From the NCBI GenBank assembly GCA_002503595.1, contig DASC01000135.1, forward strand, positions 2,596-66,595: a stretch of DNA of 64,000 nucleotides, in the 5' to 3' direction. Positions 27,927 to 38,770 of the stretch are shown in pieces (positions within the stretch are counted from its first letter, which is position 1; each line of letters begins with the position of its first letter). The stretch is from Candidatus Methanogaster sp. UBA203. GTDB taxonomy: Archaea; Halobacteriota; Methanosarcinia; Methanosarcinales; Methanogasteraceae. The translations under genes were made by a program, and so were the position numbers. Under the pieces are notes generated by a model, which was given only the letters and a program-made list of their open reading frames with translations, was not told where the DNA came from and did no database searches.

Positions 27927-29537
27927 TCACAGCCCCCACATCTCAAACCCGATGACCGGCTGGTCCAGCCCGAAGTTCAGTATCACCCCGGGATGCACCT
28001 CTCCAAAGACTCCGGCACGCCTGCCGCCAGCGATGATGTCGGCACGCCTGCCCTTGATAAACGCAGGATCGTCTGACTCGGCGATCTCGTAAGCAACCAC
28101 CCGTTCGTGCATCACAGCATCCACTATTGACCTGATCTCGCTGAAGTTCGCATGAGGGTCGATTGCGACCGCGGCAAGATGCACATCATTCCTGCCAAAC
28201 GTGACCACATCCCCAACCTCGAAGATGCGCTGCGGCAGTTCCCGGTGCTGGTTAAACGAGAGTATCTCAAGCAAGTTCGGAAGGATCGTCGTGCGCAGCA
28301 TCGTCTGCTCTATTGTGATCGGGTGCATGACCTGTGTGGCGCTTGTGTGCGGTCTCTGCATCTTCTCGAAATGCACGGTCTCGCTTGTTAGCGTAAACGG
28401 CATGACCTCGTAAAAACCAAGCCCCACCATGATATCGCGAAGACCCGCCTTTGCGAGGGATACGGGATGCTCTTCTCCGATGGTCATCGTCTCAGGAAGC
28501 ACCGGCGCGATATTTTCGTACCCATACCCGATCGCAACATCCTCGAATATGTCATAATCGTGCATGATGTCTGCACGGTACGCGGGCACGCTCACCTCGA
28601 TCGCATCGTCGGAGCGTGGCACTGCCCCAAAGCGCATCCTCATGAGGCACTGCATGACCTGGTCGCGGCTAATATTCAGCCCGAGCAGAGCGTTTGCACT
28701 CCTAACCGAGATCCGGCGCGTCACGGGATTGAGGTTCGGCGTCGTGTATCCGGTCTCAGGCGCCTGTATCTTTACAGACTCGATCTTCCCGCCGCGTTCA
28801 GCAAGTGCGGTTGTTACGATGTTTAGTGCAACAGATACGGAGTTGTCCGTGCCGGTAACCTCAATGAACAGGTCTTTGGTATCGTCTCTCACGCGTGTCA
28901 GTGTCCCGTTGATGATTGGCGGAAATGATAGTACATTCCCAAGGGAATCAAGGATCAGAGGATATTTATCGAATTTTTCGACGAGATGTGCGAATTTGAC
29001 CCCTTTCGGATGCTTCGTGAGAATCTCATCCATCGACATCGGGACATCGAAATCGAGAGGAATGAATTCGAAGGAAGGGTCTGCTGCGATGTATTCAAAC
29101 GGCGGGGCCACACGGTCGAGATCGTGAACGCCGATCGATACCTTCGAGCGGTTGCGCCCGATTCCCCAGTGCAGATCCTCCTGCAGGCTCATCAGCGACT
29201 CTATGGAGTACTGGGTGAATTTGATATCCTTTACCACTGCACAGGCAAGATACGGGCGTATCCTTCCGATCTCGCGGTCGGATGCGATCGTAATCCCTGA
29301 CTGCCCGACCTCGTACTTGGAAATGCCTGTTTCGATATCGAGAAACCCGCGCATAGCCCGGGCTACGCCTTCGACGCTGTAGAGGTCAGGGCGGTCAGGA
29401 AAGAACTCGATATCCACGTAATCGTCATATACGCGCTCGATGTCGGCACCGATCATCGGGATGCGGCCCTGTATCGTATCCCGATCCGTCCCGATCAGAT
29501 TCTCAAGATCGGTGTAATAGAGGGTGATTACTGGCAT
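27927..29537 (-). CDS. pheT: Phenylalanine--tRNA ligase beta subunit (archaeal type)
   Basis: 536 aa. [16 protein letters not shown] is an archaeal PheT N-terminus. The B3/4 and B5 regions are present, and the C-terminus is [19 protein letters not shown]. Confidence 0.9.
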   Translation of the reverse strand: MPVITLYYTDLENLIGTDRDTIQGRIPMIGADIERVYDDYVDIEFFPDRPDLYSVEGVARAMRGFLDIETGISKYEVGQSGITIASDREIGRIRPYLACAVVKDIKFTQYSIESLMSLQEDLHWGIGRNRSKVSIGVHDLDRVAPPFEYIAADPSFEFIPLDFDVPMSMDEILTKHPKGVKFAHLVEKFDKYPLILDSLGNVLSFPPIINGTLTRVRDDTKDLFIEVTGTDNSVSVALNIVTTALAERGGKIESVKIQAPETGYTTPNLNPVTRRISVRSANALLGLNISRDQVMQCLMRMRFGAVPRSDDAIEVSVPAYRADIMHDYDIFEDVAIGYGYENIAPVLPETMTIGEEHPVSLAKAGLRDIMVGLGFYEVMPFTLTSETVHFEKMQRPHTSATQVMHPITIEQTMLRTTILPNLLEILSFNQHRELPQRIFEVGDVVTFGRNDVHLAAVAIDPHANFSEIRSIVDAVMHERVVAYEIAESDDPAFIKGRRADIIAGGRRAGVFGEVHPGVILNFGLDQPVIGFEMWGL

Positions 29538-29562
29538 GGTAGAGACTTAAGCGCGGTTGTAA

Positions 29563-30258
29563 TTAAGGATTACGAGAAGATGCGGATTCAGCAAGAGCGC
29601 GTTCATTATCCATCCTGATAATGAGCAGCGAGAGGTATAATAATGTGTATGCAAATATATTAATGAGGAGCGTGTACACGATGATCGGGCTATCGATACC
29701 GCCGCCTTCGCCTGTCAGGTCGGGATGATACAACGGAGGCCAGAGTTTGATCGATAGGTAACTCATCGGCACAGCGACAAATGCGATGATTCCGAATACT
29801 GCCGATGAGCGTGCACGGCTCTCTGACCCCATCGCACGCCGTAGCGTCACATACGCTACATACAGCAAAAACAAGATGAGTTGAAAGGTAAGGCGTGGAG
29901 TCCAGTCCCAGTAGATACCCCATGCTCCCTTTGCCCACATCATACCGCTCACGAGATTGAGAGCGCAGAAAACAGCGCCAATTTCAGCAGAAGATGCTGC
30001 AAGCACATCCCATGTTATATGAGAGGTTTGGAGATACCTGATGCTCGCTACGAATACCAGGAAGAACGCCAGATATGAGACCCATGCGAGCGGGACATGG
30101 AAATAGAATATCCTGTAACTCTGGAGGATGTTTTCTCGTTCGGCATCGCTGAGTTCAGGTGAGAGCGGTGGAATGATCGATGGGCTCGTGAAGACCATAT
30201 AGGTCGCCGCGATCAGGACTACAGCGGTTAGCAGGTAGAGTATCGTACGTTTATTCAT
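29563..30258 (-). CDS. ccmC: Cytochrome c maturation heme exporter subunit CcmC
   Basis: Trp-rich WWD motif WAKGAWGIYWDWTPR plus conserved His-containing helices. The start is at MNKRT (30258) or at 30279. Confidence 0.8.
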   Translation of the reverse strand: MNKRTILYLLTAVVLIAATYMVFTSPSIIPPLSPELSDAERENILQSYRIFYFHVPLAWVSYLAFFLVFVASIRYLQTSHITWDVLAASSAEIGAVFCALNLVSGMMWAKGAWGIYWDWTPRLTFQLILFLLYVAYVTLRRAMGSESRARSSAVFGIIAFVAVPMSYLSIKLWPPLYHPDLTGEGGGIDSPIIVYTLLINIFAYTLLYLSLLIIRMDNERALAESASSRNP

Positions 30259-30260
30259 AT

Positions 30261-30479
30261 TTACAGGTAAGCCATCCATTCAGCCATCGAGTACTCGAAT
30301 CCTTCCATCAATTCGAAATCGACCTCCCCGAGCGGCAGGGGTTCGTTCTTGCACGATCTTGCAGTTCCACATTGTTTGTAGCATGCCATGCATGGTTCCA
30401 TGAAAGTTGGTACGGCACCGGATATATTAAACGCTTGGGTGCGGCGGCGAGTCGTGAACCACCATCCTGATAACAACAT
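30261..30479 (-). CDS. Hypothetical Cys-rich micro-protein, possibly translationally coupled to ccmC
   Basis: 72-aa ORF containing EPCMACYKQCGTARSC. Its TAA (30261-30263) lies 2 nt before the ccmC ATG (30256-30258). Confidence 0.25.
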   Translation of the reverse strand: MLLSGWWFTTRRRTQAFNISGAVPTFMEPCMACYKQCGTARSCKNEPLPLGEVDFELMEGFEYSMAEWMAYL

Positions 30480-30508
30480 TTATATACCACTACGCAATAA
30501 TAATCACC

Positions 30509-30637
30509 ATGGACGATATTGATCAGTCACTGGTCTACTTCGTATGCGGTGTGTGTGGGTTCACATTCCAGTCAGATCCGAACTTCATTCCGGTCACCTG
30601 TCCGCAGTGTGGGAGCGAGAATGTCGCGCGGACCTGA
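30509..30637 (+). CDS. Zinc-ribbon micro-protein (42 aa)
   Basis: MDDIDQSLVYFVCGVCGFTFQSDPNFIPVTCPQCGSENVART has CxxC-x17-CxxC. It is too short for the ORF track. Confidence 0.4.
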   Translation: MDDIDQSLVYFVCGVCGFTFQSDPNFIPVTCPQCGSENVART

Positions 30638-30652
30638 AATAGAACTATAAAC

Positions 30653-31789
30653 TCACGCAGGCGGCTTTGCGACCAGATGCACATCCCCGGTTCCGAGATT
30701 GATCGGCTGCCCGACGATTACGTTCTCGGTGACACCGCTTAACTCATCGATATCGCCGCGTATGCCGGCATCGATCAGGTGATTCACAGTCACCTCGAAT
30801 GCAGCCCGAGCGAGGATGCTTGCCTTCTCGCCGGATAGCCCGTGCCTTCCGATCTGCTTGACCTCTCCGTCGCAGGTCATCATGTCTGCTGCAAGCATGA
30901 TATGTTTTACATCCACGTTTAACCCCTGTTCGCGCAGTGTCTCCATGATCTCCTTAATGATCGAGTTTCTGGCAGCCTCGATCCCGAAGACCTCGCACAT
31001 CTCGCCTGGGTGGTTGGAGGTCGTTCGGGCAGGGTCGACACCCTCGATATCGAGAACCTCCTGAAGTGCCGTGCCTTCGGTATAGAGCACGTATTCAGAA
31101 CCTTCCTTCTGTATAACCACCCTTGGGATCGCCTCAATGCCTTTGATCAATACTTTCTTAAGATTCCTGCCCAACTGCACCAGGGAACCAAGATTGGACT
31201 CCTTAGGACTGAGTATGAGCGTGTACCCCTCCACCTCGATCGGGATCTTTAGTTTGGCTTCGAGTTTTTCGATGATGTCGGATAGTGTCAGGTCTCGTTC
31301 ATACAGGGTATCCTCATCCACTTCGATTAAGATCACCAAATTTGCGCGGTCTGTAATAATTCCACCCAGATCGGGGATTGTCGTCTTCTGGACCTCCCAT
31401 GCGACAGCCTGAGCTTTCTTCTTGCTTGCGCCGTCTCTCAGGTACACGGCCATCACCGGTGTACTCGGGTTCTTTCGCGCATCAAGGATCTCGATCAATC
31501 TCGGGAGCCCGAGCGTTACGTTGATCTCGGCGACACCGGCATAATGAAAGGTACGCATCGTCATCTGTGTACCGGGTTCGCCTATCGACTGCGCGGCGAC
31601 CACGCCGACCGGATCGCACGGCTCGATGCAAGCAGCCGCATACCCGCCCATAACATGGTCGATGATATCATCCAGTTGTTTCCTGGTCGGTTTGACTTCC
31701 AGGAGTTCCCCTCGCAGGGTATCCTTGATCTTTGGCGGCAATGAGAGCACACTTACACTCTTCTCGATACTATCTGCCGTTACGGTCAT
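30653..31789 (-). CDS. rpoA2: DNA-directed RNA polymerase subunit A''
   Basis: 378 aa. [20 protein letters not shown] and the C-terminal [17 protein letters not shown] are present. The start overlaps the rpoA1 stop. Confidence 0.95.
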   Translation of the reverse strand: MTVTADSIEKSVSVLSLPPKIKDTLRGELLEVKPTRKQLDDIIDHVMGGYAAACIEPCDPVGVVAAQSIGEPGTQMTMRTFHYAGVAEINVTLGLPRLIEILDARKNPSTPVMAVYLRDGASKKKAQAVAWEVQKTTIPDLGGIITDRANLVILIEVDEDTLYERDLTLSDIIEKLEAKLKIPIEVEGYTLILSPKESNLGSLVQLGRNLKKVLIKGIEAIPRVVIQKEGSEYVLYTEGTALQEVLDIEGVDPARTTSNHPGEMCEVFGIEAARNSIIKEIMETLREQGLNVDVKHIMLAADMMTCDGEVKQIGRHGLSGEKASILARAAFEVTVNHLIDAGIRGDIDELSGVTENVIVGQPINLGTGDVHLVAKPPA

Positions 31790-34419
31790 TCTGGTACCTC
31801 CATCACGTCCTTTACAATTCGCTGTATATGGCTACGATCGAAGCCGCGTGACGGGTCGACTCCGTCCTCGCCGTATTTTGCCTGCACGACCACGCCACGG
31901 GTATCCCTGACCGTACCGTCATGCTGCGCCTCCAGATCCTGAAGCGCATTCACCATCCTCCGCTGGAGATACCCTGACTGGGACGTCCTGACAGCAGTGT
32001 CCACGAGGCCCTCCCTGCCACCGATGGCGTGGAAGAAATACTCGACCGGAGAGAGCCCGCTCTTATATGATGCCTGTACAAATCCGTGCGCCTCTGCGCC
32101 GCGATCTCCTTTCTTGAAATGTGGAAGCGTTCTACCTGAGTACCCGCGCTGGATGCGGGCACCCCGCACCGACTGCTGTCCGACACACGCAGCCATCTGT
32201 GCAAGATTCAGCATCGAGCCCCTGGCTCCTGAAACCGCCATCGCAACCGCAGAGTTGTCGATACCAAGATGCAATCCAGCCTTGTCGCCAGCCTCGTCAC
32301 GAACCTTTCCGAGAATCTGCATGATCCGAAGCTCAAGCGTCTCTTCACTGGTTCGCCCGGGCAGCGACTCAAGCTCGTTATGTTCATACTTGTCGATCAG
32401 ACTTGCGATACTCTCCTTTCCGTACATCGCGTCCTTATTGATCTCCTGTATCTGTTTGACCGCCTCTTTCGGGATATCCTCATCATCAATTCCGAAACTG
32501 AATCCGTGATACATGATGCCCCGGATCGCAAGGTTTGTCATATTGTCAATAAACGCAGCCCCGGCAGCAGGTCCGAACTCCCTGATAACCTTGTTTACGA
32601 TCTTTCCCTTGAACGCGCCGATCGATTTCTCATCGATGGTTCCACAAAGCAGTTCTCCATTCTTTATGACGACGTAAGCATCGTTCGGGCAGTTCTCCTT
32701 CTTGCATTCGGCACATTCCTCGCATATCTCTGCCTTGTATTCGAGGTTTAACCCTTCCGGTAGAATCTGGCTGAATATCTGCTTTCCGGTCCAGTAGGGG
32801 GTGCCATCCCCGATATGGTCCGGCGGCGGCAGGTCGCGCACCCCGGATTTCCGCAGGATCTCGAGTGCGCTGTTCTTGTCGATCGCTTTCTCACGCGTCA
32901 ACAGGAACATGCCTGTTATGTGATCGTGTATCCCGCCGATGATCGGACCGCCAAATCTTGGCGAGAGGATGTTCTCCTGAACCCGCATCAGTATCGCCGC
33001 CTCTGCCCTTGCCTCCTCGTTCTGCTGTACATGGAGATTCATCTCATCGCCATCGAAATCAGCGTTGTATGGCGGGCAGACCGCTGGATTTAACCGGAAC
33101 GTCTTTCCGGGCATGACCTTGACCTCGTGCGCCATGATACTCATCTTGTGAAGCGACGGCTGCCTGTTGAAGAGCACAATGTCGCCATCCTTGAGATGCC
33201 GATCCACGAACCATCCGTATTCGAGCATCTCCGCGATCTCCTCGCAGGTTGTATCGCTGATTCGCAGTCTGTGCCCATCTGTCCGGACCACGTAGTTCGC
33301 GCCCGGGTGATTGGTCGGACCGCGGCGCACATACTCCTTGAGTTCCTCGATGTTTCTCGGCACAACCTTGAACGTGAGCGTCAGTTCTCTTGCAATCGCC
33401 TCAGGAATGCCGACCTCGTTGATCGACAGGTTGGGATCCGGCGAGATAACAGTCCTGCCGCTGAAATTGACACGCTTGCCAGAGAGACTGCCCCTGAACC
33501 GTCCTTCCTTCCCCTTCAGGCGCTGGGACAGGGTCTTTAAAGGTCTTCCGCTCCTGTGCCTTGCCGGAGGTATCCCTGATACGCTGTTGTCCATAAAAGT
33601 GGTTACATGGTACTGCAAGAGTTCCCAGAGATCCTCGATGATCAACTGCGGCGCGCCCGCTTCCTTATTCTCCTGGAACCTCTGGTTTATCCTGATAATA
33701 TCAACGAGTTTGTGTGTCAGATCGTCCTCGCTGCGCTGCCCTGTCTGGAGCGTGATCGACGGGCGCACAGTGACCGGAGGCACGGGCAGCACCGTCATGA
33801 TCATCCATTCAGGGCGCGCGTTACCTGGATCCATGCCAAAGACAGGGAGATCTTCATCCGGTATGTGCTCGAACCAGTTCCTGATATCGCTTGGAAGCAG
33901 TTTGTCCCCGGCCTCATAATACGTGGTAGGTTTTTCGTACGTGATCTTCAGTTGGTGCTCGCCGCAGTACGGGCACACTTCGACCTTGCTTGCCTCGCCA
34001 AAGACCTGTTCAACTATCGCATCGATGGTCTGCCCCTGACTCCTCCGAGCCGAGATATGCTCGATATACTCTTTCTTCCGCCCTGCATCCAGAAGCAACC
34101 GGCTGCAACTTCTGCACGTACTCCTGAGTAGATTCCGTATCTGCTTGGCAAACCCGACGTGCACACAGGGAGCCACCAGTTCTATGTGCCCAAAGTGACC
34201 CGGGCACTCCCCAGCCCTTCCGTTGCATGTTTTGCACCGCAATCCCGGATCGATGACTCCGAGTCTGGGATCCATGAGCCCCATATCAATCGGAAAACCA
34301 TCCTCATCATAAGTATCTGCCGTGATAATTCTGGTGACACTCATATTCCGGTATTCCCGCGGTGAGATCAAGCCGAATTTTATCCTTGAGATTTTCTTTG
34401 GAGCACTGATCTGTTTCAT
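31786..34419 (-). CDS. rpoA1: DNA-directed RNA polymerase subunit A'
   Basis: 877 aa. Zn motifs are [17 protein letters not shown], the catalytic motif is [14 protein letters not shown], and the bridge helix region is present. Confidence 0.95.
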   Translation of the reverse strand: MKQISAPKKISRIKFGLISPREYRNMSVTRIITADTYDEDGFPIDMGLMDPRLGVIDPGLRCKTCNGRAGECPGHFGHIELVAPCVHVGFAKQIRNLLRSTCRSCSRLLLDAGRKKEYIEHISARRSQGQTIDAIVEQVFGEASKVEVCPYCGEHQLKITYEKPTTYYEAGDKLLPSDIRNWFEHIPDEDLPVFGMDPGNARPEWMIMTVLPVPPVTVRPSITLQTGQRSEDDLTHKLVDIIRINQRFQENKEAGAPQLIIEDLWELLQYHVTTFMDNSVSGIPPARHRSGRPLKTLSQRLKGKEGRFRGSLSGKRVNFSGRTVISPDPNLSINEVGIPEAIARELTLTFKVVPRNIEELKEYVRRGPTNHPGANYVVRTDGHRLRISDTTCEEIAEMLEYGWFVDRHLKDGDIVLFNRQPSLHKMSIMAHEVKVMPGKTFRLNPAVCPPYNADFDGDEMNLHVQQNEEARAEAAILMRVQENILSPRFGGPIIGGIHDHITGMFLLTREKAIDKNSALEILRKSGVRDLPPPDHIGDGTPYWTGKQIFSQILPEGLNLEYKAEICEECAECKKENCPNDAYVVIKNGELLCGTIDEKSIGAFKGKIVNKVIREFGPAAGAAFIDNMTNLAIRGIMYHGFSFGIDDEDIPKEAVKQIQEINKDAMYGKESIASLIDKYEHNELESLPGRTSEETLELRIMQILGKVRDEAGDKAGLHLGIDNSAVAMAVSGARGSMLNLAQMAACVGQQSVRGARIQRGYSGRTLPHFKKGDRGAEAHGFVQASYKSGLSPVEYFFHAIGGREGLVDTAVRTSQSGYLQRRMVNALQDLEAQHDGTVRDTRGVVVQAKYGEDGVDPSRGFDRSHIQRIVKDVMEVPE

Positions 34420-34755
34420 TGTATACCAGTCTCTGATGTCTGTGGGATAAAGGTTTTGATTCGAAGGGGTTGTCGTGCCTTGTGGTGTTGACGCCCACGC
34501 ACGGAAGCAGGGTTTTTATGTGAGTGGGCACAACCCGATATTCCAGTGACAGAATAGCCGGCAGACTGGACTTTCACAGTGCCTGTGAGACGAACGTGAC
34601 ATCCTCTTCACAAATTCCTTTATATCGATGTAACATCATAATGATCATTACCACGTCCTTTTTTAAATCCGTTCGCGTGGGTGGGGCTGTGCAGCCCTCT
34701 TTCACCAGGGCTGCACACCTCAGGGCATCACCCCCTGATAATGCCATCCGCAAAT

Positions 34756-34945
34756 CATGAAACGGTATCGGAAAATCCAGTGAAATCACTATATCCTTAA
34801 ATTTTACCGCAGAGCACGCGGAGAACGAGAGAGGCACCAGAAAACCAAAGCGAGGATCGAAACGGTATCGAAACTCTGCGACCTCCGCGTTCTCCGCGGT
34901 GATAAATCACTTGATTTTTAGACAGTGTCCATGAAACGGTATCGG
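34756..34945 (-). repeat. MITE-like repeat, copy C (short variant, inverted), including flanking 16-nt perfect direct repeats
   Basis: catgaaacggtatcgg occurs at 34756-34771 and at 34930-34945. The interior (34772-34929) carries gacactgtctaaaaatcaagtgatttatcaccgcgg (reverse strand) and the ctc(t/c)g(c/t)g triple motif. Confidence 0.7.
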
Positions 34946-35126
34946 TCGACACGCGGGTCACGTACATGACTTGAATAGACCGTGATTATCAGGCCAAGTT
35001 GCACAGCAGCGGCACAGCCATTAACACAGGTTCCACCGGTTTTATCCACAACTCGGGCAATAAACCCGGGTTCATGGAATATTTCGTAACGCCGGATGAT
35101 GGCACCATAATGCTTGCGCGGAAGTT

Positions 35127-36446
35127 TTACCCTTCAACCATCATGCCAACCCAGTCGGGTGCGTTCACATGGCCCTCCGCGCCACCATCGCCGCCGCGCA
35201 ACATGCCAGTCACAGACTTTAGCACCTGAACCGATGTCGGATGCATCATCATGAAGAGATCGACACCAGCAAGCGCAAGCGCTAGTCCCGTCGTTATTTC
35301 CCAGATCGGTCCCCTGTACTCGCGGGGTCCCCAGTCCGAGTCCTCCTTGAGTGGCGAGACCGCCATCCACGACTCTCTTGCACCCCATGCGTTCGTGGTT
35401 CCTGACGACATCGGGAAGTTCAGTTCCGCATCCCCTATAAGCCCTGCGAGCCGGATGCGCTCGATGTTTGAGTATGCGTAATCGAGACCGTAGCCAAGCG
35501 CCGCGGTTGTCGGATCCATCACGATGTCACAACGCTTGATGCCGCACTGCTTCATCAGTTTGCGGTTGAGTTCCTTCTGCGCATTGATCTCGAGCTGCGT
35601 CCACGAGAGGATCGCGTGACCGTACTCCTTTGCCGCGGCTGCGATCCGCTGGTAGTCCATGTTTAGATTTGCTGAAGCGATCAGGCACCGCTCCCCTTCG
35701 GCAGCCTCTGCCGCCTTCTCAAGAACCTCGGGATCCTTATCAGGATTTCCTGAGCCCCCGATGATGAGCGGGACATCTACTGCCTGCAAGACATCCTCGA
35801 CCACCTTCGCCGCCTCCGATGCAGGCGTGTCCTTGATCGATGGATCGGTGCTTATCAGGTGGATCGTGACCATATCCGCGCCGAACTTCGAGACCACCTT
35901 CTTTGCCCACTCAGCCGGACTTTCGAGCACATCCTCGTAGTTCATGCGCACAGCGCGTGCCATTCCGATGGGCATGTCAAAGACATCGATCGAGACATAA
36001 TTCGGATGCGGCATCGGCGCATCAAAGTAGAACGGCAGCGCATGTTCGCCGCCAAGCGTAACCGTACTTTTGCGTGTGCCGCCGTCAGAGGATGTTGCAC
36101 CGAGCACAACCTCCTCGATCCCGTGCTTCCACTCAGAGACCGGGTCCACGTCAAACGATGCCGGAATCAACTCCTGCGGGATCCGGGACTGTACCTGGGA
36201 CGGCAGCGTCATCGGCTGCATGGCAGGAAGCATCTGCCCTGCCGGACAGCCCATCATGCCTGCGACGTTATTTAACCGCGCCGCGATCTGCGCGAGCTCA
36301 TATCCAACCACTTGCATCAGTTCCTGGCTGCCGCCTCCGCCGTCGAATTCGATCTCGATATCCCCCTCTATCGTAACACCTTTCAGTTCAAGCACGTTCT
36401 CGAGCATTTTGTTGAGATCGGATAGCGTGAGAGTGGTAGTTGTCAT
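35127..36446 (-). CDS. cdhD: Acetyl-CoA decarbonylase/synthase complex subunit delta (corrinoid Fe-S protein small subunit)
   Basis: 439 aa. [61 protein letters not shown] and [19 protein letters not shown] closely match what I recall of Methanosarcina CdhD. Confidence 0.9.
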   Translation of the reverse strand: MTTTTLTLSDLNKMLENVLELKGVTIEGDIEIEFDGGGGSQELMQVVGYELAQIAARLNNVAGMMGCPAGQMLPAMQPMTLPSQVQSRIPQELIPASFDVDPVSEWKHGIEEVVLGATSSDGGTRKSTVTLGGEHALPFYFDAPMPHPNYVSIDVFDMPIGMARAVRMNYEDVLESPAEWAKKVVSKFGADMVTIHLISTDPSIKDTPASEAAKVVEDVLQAVDVPLIIGGSGNPDKDPEVLEKAAEAAEGERCLIASANLNMDYQRIAAAAKEYGHAILSWTQLEINAQKELNRKLMKQCGIKRCDIVMDPTTAALGYGLDYAYSNIERIRLAGLIGDAELNFPMSSGTTNAWGARESWMAVSPLKEDSDWGPREYRGPIWEITTGLALALAGVDLFMMMHPTSVQVLKSVTGMLRGGDGGAEGHVNAPDWVGMMVEG

Positions 36447-36470
36447 GCGGATTTCAATGAGATTACAGGT

Positions 36471-36478
36471 TTATTAAA
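36471..36478 (-). promoter_or_regulatory. Candidate TATA box for cdhD (TTTAATAA on the minus strand)
   Basis: It lies about 28 nt upstream of the cdhD ATG, which would give a very short leader. Confidence 0.3.
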
Positions 36479-36676
36479 TGTTGCAGATTCCCAGGTTCAG
36501 CAGGGGCAGTCAACTCTTCGGAGATGGGGGCAAGAGTAGAAATACATCCAACCACTGCCACATTTGAAAGCGTACGCATTGGCTCTACACTCGCCAGAAA
36601 GAGCAAGCTTCGCAAACAGATCCGAAAAACCCCAATACCAGTTAGATGAAATGCGTAATTAGAAGGAGAAGCGATC

Positions 36677-36895
36677 ATGTCAACTGAAATTGCTGCCTAC
36701 GAAAATCGGCTAATTCGTGAAATCAAAGAGACTCTACAAGAATATCTGCCGAACCTGCTTCAGGTTGTCCGATTGTTTCATGAGAGTGTAGTGTTAAAGC
36801 CAGCAGAGGATAGCTTCCGCCAAGGCTGGAAGGAAACGATGGCAGGCGAAACACGACCAGTGTCTGAATTGTGGGATGGCATCGATGCCGAGTGA
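36677..36895 (+). CDS. Small conserved-looking protein, possibly an orphan antitoxin
   Basis: 72 aa, ending in GETRPVSELWDGIDAE. No toxin partner follows it. Confidence 0.3.
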   Translation: MSTEIAAYENRLIREIKETLQEYLPNLLQVVRLFHESVVLKPAEDSFRQGWKETMAGETRPVSELWDGIDAE

Positions 36896-37062
36896 GCCAG
36901 CCGAATCTACTTACATCCCATCCCACACCTCCGTCCTCGCTAATCCCGCCGCTTTACCTCCAGCCCGCGGATGCCCCCGAATTCATTTGGGTGTGGAGTG
37001 GTTGGGGCTTCAGGATGTACGTTGGGGTAACCTATTTGTTTGGGAGTCCCCTACCCCATACA

Positions 37063-38592
37063 ATGGCAAACCGGAAGGAATTTCACGAGTTGATACCGAT
37101 CGGAAGAGCGGAAGAGATACTCAGATCGATCATCCGCAGCAGCACCGAAGTCGTGCCGCTCGATCTGGCATACCACAGCGTCCTTGCGGAGGATGTTTTC
37201 GCGACTACCGATGTGCCATCGTTTGACCGTGCAGACATGGATGGCTACGCAGTGCGTGCGGCAGATACGTACAGAGCGCGGGAAGAAGATCCGGTGCAGC
37301 TTGTGATCGCGGGCAGAATCCCTGCCGGGGACGTTCCGTCGCTTACGATTTCTGAGGATGTTGCTGCCGAGATATCCACAGGCGCGATGCTCCCCACGGG
37401 CGCTGATGCGGTCGTGATGGTCGAGTACACCAAGGAAGGCGAATCTTCGTCTTCGGTCTCGATTTACAGGGCGGTCCACGTATATGAGAATGTCATGCGG
37501 GCAGGGGCCGACATCCGGGGCGGGACGCGGGTGCTTCCAAAAGGCGCGCTTCTCGGATCGCGTGAGGCAGGTGTTCTTGCAGCCATCGGAGTCTCGCATG
37601 TCAGGGTTCACTCGCTTCGCATCGGAATCATCTCGACCGGAAACGAACTCGTCTCTGCGGGCGAGAAGCTGGATCCGGGACAAGTATACGATGTGAACGC
37701 GCATACGGTATCTGCTGCGGTGCGTGAATGCGGAGCAACTCCTGTTGCGTACGGGATCGTTTCAGATGACGAAAAAAAGACGGTGGAAGTCCTCATAAAA
37801 GCCATTTCAGAGTGCGATCTGATCCTCACATCCGGAAGCACGTCTGCCGGGTCTGGAGACATCATGCCCCGCATCCTCGAGGAGTACGGTGAGGTACTCG
37901 CGCACGGGATCAATATCAAGCCCGGTAAGCCGATGATAATAGCGAAGATGGAAAAACCAGTTATAGGGCTTCCAGGTTTCCCAACATCGGCACTGAGCAT
38001 GTTTTATTATTTAGTAGCTCCGCGAATACGCGATGTTCTCGGATACGTTGCAGGTGTAGCAGCGAGACCGCAGCAGGCTGTGCTCGGATCGATGATCCAG
38101 TCGGCAGGAAGGCACCAGCTCCTGCCGGTAGCACTGGTGCGGGGGATGGCGTATCCTGTGATCAAGGGTTCCGGCGCAATCACAGCGCTCGCATCCGCGG
38201 ACGGGTTTATCGAGATCCTTCCCGAGACCGAAATCATGGAGGCAGGAGAGACGGTTGAGGTCACGCTCTTTGGGGATGCGGCTGCAAATGATCTCGTATT
38301 TGCGGGAGCGGCTTTTTATGAGGTGAACCGGATCATCGGGATGCTGCCGTTTCGTGTGCGGATGATCCAAACTGGCGTTGCCGCCGGAATCGATGCTCTG
38401 CGGAACGGGATAGCAGATATCGCAGGAATCCCTCTTTCCACAGATGAACTGCCTGATATGGATGGAGTTTCGGCCATACATGAATTTCTGCGCGGAGATG
38501 GGGCGTATACGCTCATTGCACTTCACGACCGGATCGATTCTGAGAATATAAAGGCGTTTCTTTCGGCGATCGAATCTACCAGTGCTGCATGA
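37063..38592 (+). CDS. moeA: Molybdopterin molybdenumtransferase MoeA with a short C-terminal PBP-like extension
   Basis: MoeA core motifs are VPSFDRADMDGYAV, ISTGAMLP.GADAVV and SGSTSAGSGD. The C-terminal 100 aa or so (GIDALRNGIADIAGIPL) resembles a partial periplasmic-binding-like domain. The ATG at 37063 is preferred over the track start at 36871. Confidence 0.8.
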   Translation: MANRKEFHELIPIGRAEEILRSIIRSSTEVVPLDLAYHSVLAEDVFATTDVPSFDRADMDGYAVRAADTYRAREEDPVQLVIAGRIPAGDVPSLTISEDVAAEISTGAMLPTGADAVVMVEYTKEGESSSSVSIYRAVHVYENVMRAGADIRGGTRVLPKGALLGSREAGVLAAIGVSHVRVHSLRIGIISTGNELVSAGEKLDPGQVYDVNAHTVSAAVRECGATPVAYGIVSDDEKKTVEVLIKAISECDLILTSGSTSAGSGDIMPRILEEYGEVLAHGINIKPGKPMIIAKMEKPVIGLPGFPTSALSMFYYLVAPRIRDVLGYVAGVAARPQQAVLGSMIQSAGRHQLLPVALVRGMAYPVIKGSGAITALASADGFIEILPETEIMEAGETVEVTLFGDAAANDLVFAGAAFYEVNRIIGMLPFRVRMIQTGVAAGIDALRNGIADIAGIPLSTDELPDMDGVSAIHEFLRGDGAYTLIALHDRIDSENIKAFLSAIESTSAA

Positions 38593-38770
38593 CGGCGCGG
38601 GGTGCAGCGCCGGAGGCATAAAATCATGAATGCTTCGACAGTGCAGTTGCATGGCAGGGATGTTTGATGTGAGTGGCTGAGACGGATTACTTTCGAAACA
38701 AAATTTAGGGGTTGTGTCACCCCCTACATCACGACAGTTTTTTATAGATCGGTACACAAGTTCGGCATAT

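Noticed and set aside
31997-33919. Several plus-strand ORFs of 130-200 aa inside rpoA1
   Set aside because: They are antisense to a universally conserved gene. This is a typical GC-rich antisense open-frame artefact.
36871-37062. 64-codon N-terminal extension of MoeA given by the track
   Set aside because: The extension is Pro/Ser/Trp-rich, overlaps the end of the upstream small ORF and lacks MoeA homology. The ATG at 37063 begins the typical MoeA N-terminus.
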